From Isoptericola halotolerans (GTDB taxonomy: Bacteria > Actinomycetota > Actinomycetes > Actinomycetales > Cellulomonadaceae), in contig NZ_JABEZU010000004.1 in NCBI RefSeq assembly GCF_013149785.1, positions 310,001-374,000 of the forward strand: 64,000 nucleotides of DNA. Direction: 5' to 3'. Position 1 is the first letter of the stretch; each line of letters opens with the position of its first letter. The notes under the pieces were generated by a model. That model ran no database searches. It worked only from the letters and a program-made list of their open reading frames with translations, and had not been told where the DNA came from. The position numbers were made by a program, and so were the translations under genes. Below, piece after piece: positions 47,701 through 56,060 of this stretch.

Positions 47701-50246
47701 ACCCCTCCGCCGAGCCCGCGGTGGCCTCGCTCCGGACCCGCCTGGTCACCCCCCGGGTCGACAGCGCGGCGGTCGCCGCCTCGGTGGAGGCCGCCGACCA
47801 GGTCGGCCTCGACGTCATCGTCACCACCCTCGCCCCGGCGCTGGGGGACGGTGCCGCGCTGACCGCCGAGGAGATCAGCGACCGGCTCGACGTCGCCCCC
47901 GAGATGCGGTCCGTGGTGCGCCGCTGGCTGCGCGTCCTGACGCGCCACGACCTCGCGTTCGCCGACGGACCCCGGCACCGCCTCGCCCCCGAGGCGTCCG
48001 ACCGGCCCGTCGACCGGCACGCGGACGAGCTCGCCGCCCGTGCCGGCGCCGCCGGCTGGAGCACCGCCCTGCCGGAGCTCCTGGCGCGCTGCGGCAAGGA
48101 GATGCCCGCGCTGCTGCGCGGGGAACGGGACATCCGCTCGCTGCTGGTCGACGCCCCCGGCACCGGCGAGCAGGCCGGGACCGCCGTGATGGCCGCCGCC
48201 TACCGGCACAACCTCGCCGTCGCCGAGCTCACCGACGCCCTCGCCGTCGCGATCGGCGAGCAGTGTGCCCTGGTCGACGGCGCCACCGTCCTGGAGGTCG
48301 GCGCCGGGGCGGGCGACACCACCGAGGCCGTCGTCGCCGCGACGGCCAGCCTGGACGTGACGGTCGTGGCCACCGACGCCTCCCCGCTGGCCGCGGCCCG
48401 GCTCGCCGAGCGGTTCGACGGCGTCGAGCAGGTGCGCTGCGAACGGTTCGACCCCGACGTCGACCTGTCGGCGCAGGGCCGCGAGCCCTGCTCCGTCGAC
48501 GTCGTGATCGCCGCCCACAGCCTGCACACGTGCCGCGACGTCCCGGCGGCGCTCGCCCGGCTCGTCGAGCTGCTCCGCCCCGGCGGATGGCTCGTGGTCG
48601 TGGACAACGTGCGCGACGACGACCCGGCGCTCGCCGTGTCGATGGAGCTGCTGGAGATGACGCACGGGCCGTTCGACGACCGGCGGGCGTCCTCGGACCG
48701 GCTGTTCCTGGACACCGCGGAGCTGCACGACGCCCTGGAGGCGGCCGGGGCGGTGCCCGTCGTCTCGGGACCGGCACCGGAGGACGGCCTGGCCACCGCC
48801 GGCCAGCACCTCGTGCTGGCCCGCGCCAAGCCCGACCGCACCCCGGTGCGCGCCGAGGACGTGGAGCGCTCGGTGCGCCGACGGCTGCCCGAGTACATGG
48901 TGCCCTCCCGGTGGCGGGTGCTGGACCGGTTGCCGACCACGGCCAACAGGAAGGTCGACCGCGCCGCCCTGCTGGCCCTGGCCGGCCCGCGCGCCACCGA
49001 GGCCGCGGCGGGTGCCGACGAGCCGATGTCCGTCATGGAGCGCCAGATCGCCGGCCTGTGGGCCGAGCTCCTGGGGCTCGACCACGTGGGCCGCGACGAC
49101 GACTTCTTCGCCCTCGGCGGCGACTCGCTGCTGGTCGCGCGGTTCGTCGGTCTGCTGCGCGAGCGCGTCCCGGACGTCATCGCCGTGCAGTGGGAGGTCG
49201 TGCTGCGGCACATGCTGCGTCAGCCGACCGTGGCCCACCTGGCCCGGTACCTCACCGAGGTGTCCCGGGCGCAGGACCCCGCCGCCGCGGCCCCCACGGC
49301 CGTGCGCACCAGCCCGCTGGTGCCGCTGCACGGCTCGGGCGACGGCCCGACGACGGTGCTGGTCCACGCCGGCACCGGCACGGCGATGCCGTACCGGGCC
49401 CTCGTCACCGACATCCGCCGGCGCTCGGCAGGGACGTCCTCGATCGCGGCCCTGGAGATCTGCGACCTCGCAGCGTTCCAGGACGACGACCCGGACGGCC
49501 TCATCGAGCGGATCGCCGCGGACTACGCCGAGGCGCTGGTGTCCTCCGACCCCGGCGAGATCCACCTGGTCGGGTACTGCCTCGGCGGGCTGATCGCCAC
49601 CGAGGTCGCCCGGCACCTCGCCGACCGCGGGCACGACGTGCGGTCCCTGACCGTCGTGTCGAGCCACAGCCCCGCGTTCCGGCTCGACGACGAGGTCCTG
49701 GCCGAGTACTCGTTCTCGGTCATGATGGGCATCGACCCGGCCGACCTCGGCTATCCGGGCGACGAGCTGCGCGTCGCGCAGGCGACCGACGAGGTGCTGC
49801 GCCGCTCCCCGGGGGTCATCCCCGACGGCGGGCTCGCCGCCCTCGACGGCGACTTCGCCGACGTCGGCGCCGCCTTCGGGGCCCTGGCGGAGCTGACCGT
49901 GGAGCAGCGCGTCGAGCGCATGTGCGAGGCCGTGCCGGCCGACGCCGGCATGTACTCGCCCGAGCACATGATGCGGCTGCTGCGCACGTTCCGGCAGTCC
50001 GTCTTCGCGATCTCGCGCTACCGCCCCGACCCCTACCTGGGCGACGTCACCTTCTGCCGGCACAGCGGCACGTACCCCTTTCCGGGCAGCAAGGAGGCCG
50101 TCACCGCCCAGTGGGAGCAGGTGGTGCTCGGCGACCTCGACATCCTCGACGTCGCCGGCGACCACTTCACGTGCCTGACGTCCGAGAACTCGGCCGGGAT
50201 CGTGGAGATCCTGCAGCGCACGACCGACGGGGCGGTGCTGCGATGA
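44739..50246 (+). CDS. NRPS: docking domain-Cy-A(MT)-PCP-TE
   Basis: TubC-N-like GVGLWADGEQLRFRAPAG; Cy motif DLVVLD; YTSGSTGTPKG; embedded LEVGAGAG methyltransferase; GGDSL; TE motif GYCLGG. Confidence 0.95.
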   Translation: MSIVSIAAAITDLAQDGVGLWADGEQLRFRAPAGSLDAGRKAWLTENKAEVLAHLRHVGATRETPTTALASADRPGPALVPAPEDRHRPFPLTELQAAYLLGRGSAFEYGGVACHAYLELRYDRPEQRARLTDGRLDVAWRAVVSAHDMLRAVIHTDGFQSVLPEVTAPAVPVHRGELADEVRERLEQRVPQPDRWPLIAVEVTDHDDHTLLHLSVDLVVLDHASLHLLVTELEARLFDDAAPEPPGCTFRDYVVARRGELDGPQHERDRAYWQERLATLPPAPELPRAEWATTPPPAGRPFRRHATLLDPVRTATLTERAREAGLSLSTVLLTCYAEVVGRWSRRPGFTVVIPTFTREIAGDTRPHPDIDRVLGDFTATELLAVDTAGPATPVERGRRLQAQLLEDLAHRSFSGSQVQTERSRDDGNPELFPVVFTSTVDQDLPPTAGRVAHARTQSPQVWLDCQVMRDGDGLVLSWDVRDGVLPDGVTDDMFSAWVDLVDRLVDDPSTWSDPDPVRLPAADRARREAANATDAPLPDGLLHDDVLTVARTAPDRTAVVGADGSLTFGELVGRARGVAHALTAEGVAPQDRVAIVMDKCPEQVVAALGVLLAGAVYVPVETTSPASRRAAIVADAGATAVLTVAALRTAASQGVDVPVVAVDEVPPRDDAPSTSTTPDDLAYVIYTSGSTGTPKGVMIAHRAARNTCVDVDERFAVGPQDAVLGLAGLGFDLSVWDVFGVLGAGGRLVLPAADRRGDAAHWAELVEQHGVTLWNTVPGQLQMLSDYARSSGAAQLRTLRLALLSGDWIPVTLPDQVREQLPGLEVVSLGGATEGAIWSIWHPVGAVDRERPSIPYGTPLRNQRFAVRDHRGRDAPAWVPGELEIIGAGVADGYLGDPERTGERFGVGTDGLRTYRTGDVGRWVGDGTLEFLGREDSQVKIRGYRIELAEVEAAVLDHPGVGQAAVVVDDERRHLVAAVEPAARPVPDPSAEPAVASLRTRLVTPRVDSAAVAASVEAADQVGLDVIVTTLAPALGDGAALTAEEISDRLDVAPEMRSVVRRWLRVLTRHDLAFADGPRHRLAPEASDRPVDRHADELAARAGAAGWSTALPELLARCGKEMPALLRGERDIRSLLVDAPGTGEQAGTAVMAAAYRHNLAVAELTDALAVAIGEQCALVDGATVLEVGAGAGDTTEAVVAATASLDVTVVATDASPLAAARLAERFDGVEQVRCERFDPDVDLSAQGREPCSVDVVIAAHSLHTCRDVPAALARLVELLRPGGWLVVVDNVRDDDPALAVSMELLEMTHGPFDDRRASSDRLFLDTAELHDALEAAGAVPVVSGPAPEDGLATAGQHLVLARAKPDRTPVRAEDVERSVRRRLPEYMVPSRWRVLDRLPTTANRKVDRAALLALAGPRATEAAAGADEPMSVMERQIAGLWAELLGLDHVGRDDDFFALGGDSLLVARFVGLLRERVPDVIAVQWEVVLRHMLRQPTVAHLARYLTEVSRAQDPAAAAPTAVRTSPLVPLHGSGDGPTTVLVHAGTGTAMPYRALVTDIRRRSAGTSSIAALEICDLAAFQDDDPDGLIERIAADYAEALVSSDPGEIHLVGYCLGGLIATEVARHLADRGHDVRSLTVVSSHSPAFRLDDEVLAEYSFSVMMGIDPADLGYPGDELRVAQATDEVLRRSPGVIPDGGLAALDGDFADVGAAFGALAELTVEQRVERMCEAVPADAGMYSPEHMMRLLRTFRQSVFAISRYRPDPYLGDVTFCRHSGTYPFPGSKEAVTAQWEQVVLGDLDILDVAGDHFTCLTSENSAGIVEILQRTTDGAVLR

Positions 50247-51460
50247 GCGGGGCGCCGGGAACGACCGTGCCGACCGTCGCCGTCGTCGGGGCGACCGGTT
50301 CCATCGGCGGCGAGCTGGTGCGCCTGCTCGCGGCCGACCGTGGCGCCGCCACGACGGGCCCGCTGCGGCTGCGTCTGGGCGGGCGCCGGGCGGACGCCCT
50401 GCGCGCCACCGCCGCGGGGCTCACCGCGACCGCGAGCCACGGGCGCACGACCGTGGAGACGCAGGAGTGCGACCTGTGGGACGACAGGTCGCTGGCGGCG
50501 TTCTGCGCGGGGGCCGACGTCGTGGTGTCGGTGGCCGGCCCGACCTACCGGGTCGGTGGCCGGGTGGCGCTGGCCGCCGTCGCCGCCGGGGCCGGCTACG
50601 TCGACGTCGGGGGAGACGACCCGCTGCTCGAGTCGCTCGCCCGCCGGGCGCCCGGCGGGCCGGGGACACCGACCGTCGTGGCCTCCTCCGGTGCGCTGCC
50701 CGGGGCGTCGGCACTGCTGCCCCGGCACCTGGCCTCGCTGCTGCCGCAGGGCGACTCCCTGACCGCGCACGTCGGAGGCATGGAGTCCTGCTCGGCCACC
50801 GTCGCGGAGGACATGCTGCTCTCCCTGAGCCGGGGCGGCCCGGACGGCACCCCGTTCGGCACTCCCTCGGCGGCCTGGTTCGCCGGGGAGGTGCGGCAGC
50901 GGGCCCTCGAGGTCGCTCCCGCCCACCGGGTGCCCGGCGCCCGCGGCCCGGTGATCGGTCAGCCGTTCCTCAGCGCCGAGACGGCCCGCCTGGCGGCCGC
51001 GCTGGGGCTGCGCTCGGCGCAGTGGTGGAACCTGTGGCCCGACGGTCACGCCTGGTCGGTGCTGTCGACCCTGCCGGTCCTCCTGCAGGACCCGACCACC
51101 TCCACCCGCGACGTCGTCGGCTACCTGTGCCGCGCCGCCGAGCTCGACGTGCTGGGCCGCCGGCCGTGGTACCTGATGCGCTTCCGCCTGGAGCACACCG
51201 CGTCCGGGCGAGCGACGGTCGCCGAGCTGCGCACCGACTCCTCGTCGCTGGTCACCGCGCTGGTCGCCGCACGGGCGGTCCGCACGGTGCTCGCCCGGCC
51301 GCGGCTCGGCGCGGGGTTCGCCGCGGACCTCCTCGACCCCGCCGAGGTGGTCGCCGACCTGGAGAGCCATCCTCGGATCGACCTGCGGGTCGGCCCCGGG
51401 GACGCACCCGTGCTCGCACCGGTGGCCGCGGCGGCGCCGGTCGAGGAGGGGGCGCTGTGA
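50243..51460 (+). CDS. Saccharopine-dehydrogenase-like reductase (PchK-like)
   Basis: VAVVGATGSIG, LGGRR, AGPTY, YVDVGGD and GALPGAS.LLPR. Confidence 0.8.
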   Translation: MSGAPGTTVPTVAVVGATGSIGGELVRLLAADRGAATTGPLRLRLGGRRADALRATAAGLTATASHGRTTVETQECDLWDDRSLAAFCAGADVVVSVAGPTYRVGGRVALAAVAAGAGYVDVGGDDPLLESLARRAPGGPGTPTVVASSGALPGASALLPRHLASLLPQGDSLTAHVGGMESCSATVAEDMLLSLSRGGPDGTPFGTPSAAWFAGEVRQRALEVAPAHRVPGARGPVIGQPFLSAETARLAAALGLRSAQWWNLWPDGHAWSVLSTLPVLLQDPTTSTRDVVGYLCRAAELDVLGRRPWYLMRFRLEHTASGRATVAELRTDSSSLVTALVAARAVRTVLARPRLGAGFAADLLDPAEVVADLESHPRIDLRVGPGDAPVLAPVAAAAPVEEGAL

Positions 51461-53343
51461 GCCCGACGCCCCCGCGGTCGGTGGTCGTCTGCGGCAGCCG
51501 GTTCGGTCGCTTCTCCGCCGAGGCGGTCGACCGCCACCCCGGGCTGCGCCTGGTCGCGGTGCTCGGGCGCGGCTCTGCCGCCTCGCGCGCGCTCGCCGAG
51601 CGCCACGGCGTGCCGCTGGTCACCGCGGTGGCGGACTGCCCGCCCACCGACCTGGCCTGCGTGGCCGTCGGCTCGACCATCCAGGACGGTCCCGGCAGCG
51701 AGATCGCCACCGCATGGCTGGAGCGGGGCGTCCACGTCGTGCAGGAGCACCCGGTGCACCCTCGCGAGCTCGCCGACCTGCTGCGCACCGCGCGCCGCAC
51801 CGGCACCTCCTACCGGATGAACCTGCACTACCGGTGGGTGGACCCCGCGCCGTCGTTCCTGGACTCCGCCGCCAGGCTGCGCGACCGCCAGGCGCCGCTC
51901 TTCGCCGACGTCGTCACCCCGGTGCACCTGCTGCTGCCCGTGCTCGACCTGCTCGCCGGAGCCCTCGGGGCCGCGCGGCCGGTCGTGGTGGGGGACGTGC
52001 TCACCGAGCAGGGCGGCTCGCCCTTCACCGTCCTGACCCTGTCGCTCGGCGGGGTGCCGGTGACGCTGCGCGTCCAGAACCAGCTGTGCCCCGGCGACCG
52101 GGACAACCACACGGTGTGCTGGCCGCGCCTCGCCGTCGGGTTCCCCGCGGGCGTGCTGACGCTGGCCGACCTGCACGGGCCCGTGGAGTGGGCGCCCCGC
52201 TGGCAGATCGGCGGCCGGGGCCCGCAGACGGCGACGGACGAGCCGACCGTGTCGACGACGGGCGCCCCGGGCACCTTCGACGAGGTCTTCTCCGAGCGGT
52301 GGCCTGCTGCGCTGGTGCGGGTGCTCGACGAGCTCTGCGAGGACGTCGACACCGGCCGCGACCCGCTGCGCGCCGCGGCGTGGACGATGTCCGTCGTCCA
52401 GCTGTGGCACCAGGTCGCCGAGGCGCTCGGCCCGCCCGAGGTCGTCGACGCCCGCCCGGTCGCGCTGCTGGGCACCGCCGCCGTCCTCGACCTGCCGGCC
52501 GGCGCCTCGACACCGGCCGCCACCTCCGCCCCGCCCGTGCCGCAAGCGCCGTCCGTGCCGGGAGCGCCGGACGCGGACGCTCCGGGCTGGGAGCCGTACG
52601 TCGACGAGGCCGAGTTCTTCGACCTGGCGGCCGCCGGCCACGTCGGCCCGGTCAGCGCACCCCTGGTCGTCGAGGCGCTGGCCGGCGCGCCGGTCGGCCC
52701 CGGCCGCCCGGTGGTCGAGATCGGCGCCGGGACCGGCCTGCTCACCGTGGTCGCGGCGTCGGCCCTGCCCGCGGACGTGCCGTGGTGGGCCGCCGAGCCG
52801 GCGGGGCCCATGCGTGCCGTGCTCATGGCCCGGGTGCTCGACCACGGCCTGGGGCGGCGCGTCACCGTGCTGCCCGACGACGCCGCCTCCGTGGCGCTGC
52901 CCGAGCGCGCCGGGGCGGTCCTGCTCTGCGGTGTCCTGGGCCACCTCGACGACCGCGAGCACGACCGCCTCTGGGCCCGGCTGGGCGAGCACCTCGCCCC
53001 CGGGGCACCCGTGGTGGTCGAGCTGATGCACCTCGCCACCCCGCAGCACGTCGACGAGGCCGAGCTCGCCACCCGGCAGGTCGGCCGGCACTCCTACCAC
53101 TGGCGGTGGTCCGCGCGGCCCGACGGCCCCGACCACGTGCGGATGTCGAGCCGCTGGCAGGTCCGTACCCCGGACGGCCCGGACCGCGAGAGCACGGCGT
53201 CCCACCGGTGGCGCACCAGCTCCCTGGCCGACGTCGCCGCGGTCGCCGGACAGCACGGCTTCGCCCTCGACGCCGACCTGTCGCACCCCACGTCCACCCC
53301 GATGGCCGTCTTCCGGCTCACGCCCCAGGAGAGTCATGTCTGA
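51457..53343 (+). CDS. Thiazolinyl-imine reductase (PchG/Irp3, Gfo/Idh/MocA family) fused to a SAM methyltransferase
   Basis: VVVCGSRFG, LGRGS..S..LA, HVVQEHPVH and TLRVQNQL.P.D.DN; Pro/Ala linker; then VEIGAGTG...GVLGHL. Confidence 0.88.
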   Translation: MSPTPPRSVVVCGSRFGRFSAEAVDRHPGLRLVAVLGRGSAASRALAERHGVPLVTAVADCPPTDLACVAVGSTIQDGPGSEIATAWLERGVHVVQEHPVHPRELADLLRTARRTGTSYRMNLHYRWVDPAPSFLDSAARLRDRQAPLFADVVTPVHLLLPVLDLLAGALGAARPVVVGDVLTEQGGSPFTVLTLSLGGVPVTLRVQNQLCPGDRDNHTVCWPRLAVGFPAGVLTLADLHGPVEWAPRWQIGGRGPQTATDEPTVSTTGAPGTFDEVFSERWPAALVRVLDELCEDVDTGRDPLRAAAWTMSVVQLWHQVAEALGPPEVVDARPVALLGTAAVLDLPAGASTPAATSAPPVPQAPSVPGAPDADAPGWEPYVDEAEFFDLAAAGHVGPVSAPLVVEALAGAPVGPGRPVVEIGAGTGLLTVVAASALPADVPWWAAEPAGPMRAVLMARVLDHGLGRRVTVLPDDAASVALPERAGAVLLCGVLGHLDDREHDRLWARLGEHLAPGAPVVVELMHLATPQHVDEAELATRQVGRHSYHWRWSARPDGPDHVRMSSRWQVRTPDGPDRESTASHRWRTSSLADVAAVAGQHGFALDADLSHPTSTPMAVFRLTPQESHV

Positions 53344-54580
53344 GTCCCTCACCCGCCCCGACGCCCCGACCCGGGGCAACCGCTCCGGCCCGCAGGACCG
53401 GCTGGCGTTCCCGGTGCCGCGCTCGTGCCCGTTCTCCCCGCCCGAGGACTACGCGCGGCTGCGCGAGCACGACCCCGCCCCGCACGTGGAGATCTCCGGC
53501 GGGCGCCCCGCACGCCTGCTCACCCGGTACGAGGACGTGCGCCGGTTCCTCGCCGACCGCACCACCAGCGCCGACGCGCGCGACGAGGCCCTGCCCGCCC
53601 TGGGGCTCGGCGAGCGGGAGGCTGCCGCGAAGTCGCGGCCCTTCCTGCGCACCGACCCGCCGGACCACACCCGCCAGCGGCGGATCCTCCAGGCCCAGTT
53701 CACCGTGCGGCGCGTGGCCCGCATGGCCGACGGGATCCGCGAGCGCGCCGACCACCTCGTCGAGGCGCTCCGGCCCCGGGGCCGCGCCGACGTCGTGAGC
53801 GACTACGCCAACGTGGTGTCCACCTCGACCGTCCTGGGCCTGATGGGGCTGCCCGACGACGACCCCGACTTCTTCCGCGAGATCACCCGCATCTCCGGGG
53901 GGCGCCAGAGCACCGAGGCGGAGGTGACCGCCGCGCTCGGCACGCTGTTCGGCACGCTCGACGAGCACATCTCGCTGCGGTCGCAGGAACCGGGCGAGGA
54001 TCTGCTGTCCGCCCTCGTGCAGAACCACCTGCTCACCGGCGAGGTGACCCGCCACGAGCTGCTGTCCACCGTCGGGATCACGATCATCGCCGGCCGCGAG
54101 ACCACCACGTCGATGATCGCGCTGAGCACCTGGAAGCTGCTGCAGGACCCGGCGGCCCGGGCCGTCGCCGAGGCCGGCGGCGAGGCCATGAAGCCGCTGG
54201 TCGAGGAGCTCCTGCGCCTGCTGAGCGTCGCCGACTCCATCCCCATCCGAGTGGCCGGCACCGACCACGAGATCGCCGGCTCCGCCGACCCGGTCCGCCA
54301 GGGCGAGGGCGTGATCTCCCTCCTCGCGGCGGCGAACCACGACCCCGCGGCCTTCCCCGACCCCGACCGGCTGTTCCCGGACCGGACGCCGAACCACCAC
54401 CTGGCGTTCGGGTTCGGCATCCACCAGTGCATCGGTCAGCACCTGGCCCGCCTCGAGCTGCAGGTCGCCCTGCACAGCCTGTTCGCCGGGCTGCCCGGCC
54501 TGGAGCTCGCCGGTGACGACGTCGCGCTCAACAACGACGCCGCCACCTTCGGCATCGAGGAGCTGCCGGTCCGATGGTGA
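53336..54580 (+). CDS. Cytochrome P450 (CYP105-like)
   Basis: DPPDHT, AGRETT, EELLR and HLAFGFGIHQCIGQHLA. Confidence 0.96.
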   Translation: MSESLTRPDAPTRGNRSGPQDRLAFPVPRSCPFSPPEDYARLREHDPAPHVEISGGRPARLLTRYEDVRRFLADRTTSADARDEALPALGLGEREAAAKSRPFLRTDPPDHTRQRRILQAQFTVRRVARMADGIRERADHLVEALRPRGRADVVSDYANVVSTSTVLGLMGLPDDDPDFFREITRISGGRQSTEAEVTAALGTLFGTLDEHISLRSQEPGEDLLSALVQNHLLTGEVTRHELLSTVGITIIAGRETTTSMIALSTWKLLQDPAARAVAEAGGEAMKPLVEELLRLLSVADSIPIRVAGTDHEIAGSADPVRQGEGVISLLAAANHDPAAFPDPDRLFPDRTPNHHLAFGFGIHQCIGQHLARLELQVALHSLFAGLPGLELAGDDVALNNDAATFGIEELPVRW

Positions 54581-55347
54581 GCACCGCACCCCGCCCCTCC
54601 GTGCGCCGGTGGGTGCCCCGGCCCTCGGCCCCCGTCCGCCTCGTCTGCTTCCCCCACGCCGGCGGCGGCGCGACCGCCTACCGTGACTGGGCGTCCGCGC
54701 TCCCCGACACCGTCGAGGTGCTGTCCGTGCAGTACCCAGGCCGCGAGGACCGCTCCGCCGACCCCCTGCCCGCCTCCATGCCCGACCTCGTCGCCCAGCT
54801 CGCCGCGGACCTGCGCCCCTTCTGGGACCGCACCACCGTCGTGTTCGGGCACAGCATGGGCGCCGCGGTCGCCTACGAGACGGTGCGGGCGCTGCGCTCC
54901 GCAGCGCGCCCCGAGCCCGACCACCTGGTCGTCTCCGGACGGCGCGCCCCCGACCGTTTCCTCGGCGGGGACGTGCACCGAGGCGGCGAGGCCGCCCTGC
55001 GTGCCGAGCTCGAACGGCTCGGCGGCACCCCGCCGGAGGTCCTCGCCGACCCCGACCTGTCCGCCGTCATCCTGCGGTACGTCCACCACGACTACCGCCT
55101 CGTCGAGAACCACCACCCACAGCCCGGACCGCCCCTGGCCTGCCCGACGACGGTCGTGCTGGCCCAGGACGACCCGTTGCTGCGCGCCGAGCACGTCGCC
55201 GACTGGCACCGCCTCACCACCGGGCACACCGACGTCGTCGAGCTGCCCGGCGACCACTTCTACCTGGTACCGCACCGCGACGCGCTGCTGCGGGTGATCC
55301 TGGACCGCCTCGACCCGGCGCTGACCACCACCGGGGTCGGCCCGTGA
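54574..55347 (+). CDS. Type II thioesterase
   Basis: CFPHAGG, QYPGREDR, FGHSMG and GDHFYL. Confidence 0.95.
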   Translation: MVSTAPRPSVRRWVPRPSAPVRLVCFPHAGGGATAYRDWASALPDTVEVLSVQYPGREDRSADPLPASMPDLVAQLAADLRPFWDRTTVVFGHSMGAAVAYETVRALRSAARPEPDHLVVSGRRAPDRFLGGDVHRGGEAALRAELERLGGTPPEVLADPDLSAVILRYVHHDYRLVENHHPQPGPPLACPTTVVLAQDDPLLRAEHVADWHRLTTGHTDVVELPGDHFYLVPHRDALLRVILDRLDPALTTTGVGP

Positions 55348-56048
55348 GCTACGACCAGATCGCCGAGTTCTACGACCTCGTCGCCGCCCGGCAGTCGCTG
55401 AGCACCGGACCCGCCCTCGCCGACGTGCTGCGCGGCCTGCCGATGACGGACGCACCCGTCGTCGAGGTCGGGGCGGGGACCGGCCGGGTGACCCGGACGA
55501 TCGCCGCGGCGATCGCGGACGTCGACATCCTCGCGGTGGAACCGTCGGCGCCGATGCGCGCCGTGCTCACCTCGCGCGCCTGGGCCGACCCCGACCTGCG
55601 GGCCCGGGTCACCGTCAGCGCCCGGTCGGCACCGGACCTCGACCTGCCCGGCCGCATCCTGTGCGCCGTCGTCTTCGGCGTGGCCGGCCACCTGGAGCGG
55701 CCCGAGCGCACCGAGCTGTGGCGGCGGCTGTCGCAACGCCTCGTGCCCGGCGGGTGCCTCGTGGTCGAGCTCATGGGGTCGGCCCGGGCGATGCCCCCGA
55801 CCCGCACCGTGCACGAGACGGTCGGCCGCCTGACGTACGAGTGGTGGGTCTCGGCCGAGCCCGTGGGCGACGGCGTCGTGCGGCACGTCAACTGGTGGCG
55901 GGTCCTCGAGGGCGACCGGGTGTGCCGGGAGGTCGGCGACGAGCACCTGTGGCACGTCCTCGAACCGGAGGAGCTGGCGGCCGAGAGCGGGCTGCGCGCC
56001 CGCACGGTCGGCACCGGGGCGGACTCCCTCGTGGTCCTGGAGGCCTGA
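55344..56048 (+). CDS. Class I SAM-dependent methyltransferase
   Basis: AEFYDL, VEVGAGTG, EPSAPMRAVL and GVAGHL. Confidence 0.9.
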   Translation: MSYDQIAEFYDLVAARQSLSTGPALADVLRGLPMTDAPVVEVGAGTGRVTRTIAAAIADVDILAVEPSAPMRAVLTSRAWADPDLRARVTVSARSAPDLDLPGRILCAVVFGVAGHLERPERTELWRRLSQRLVPGGCLVVELMGSARAMPPTRTVHETVGRLTYEWWVSAEPVGDGVVRHVNWWRVLEGDRVCREVGDEHLWHVLEPEELAAESGLRARTVGTGADSLVVLEA

Positions 56049-56060
56049 GTCCGTCGCTCC

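Noticed and set aside
36566..50165. Very long opposite-strand ORFs (36566..42355 +, the upstream extension of 42984..50165 -, and similar ones such as 11952..15029 and 27712..31107)
   Set aside because: Shadow ORFs typical of high-GC DNA. They lie antisense to motif-rich genes and have no recognisable motifs; only the 3' parts of two of them (the ligase and the REC protein) are real.
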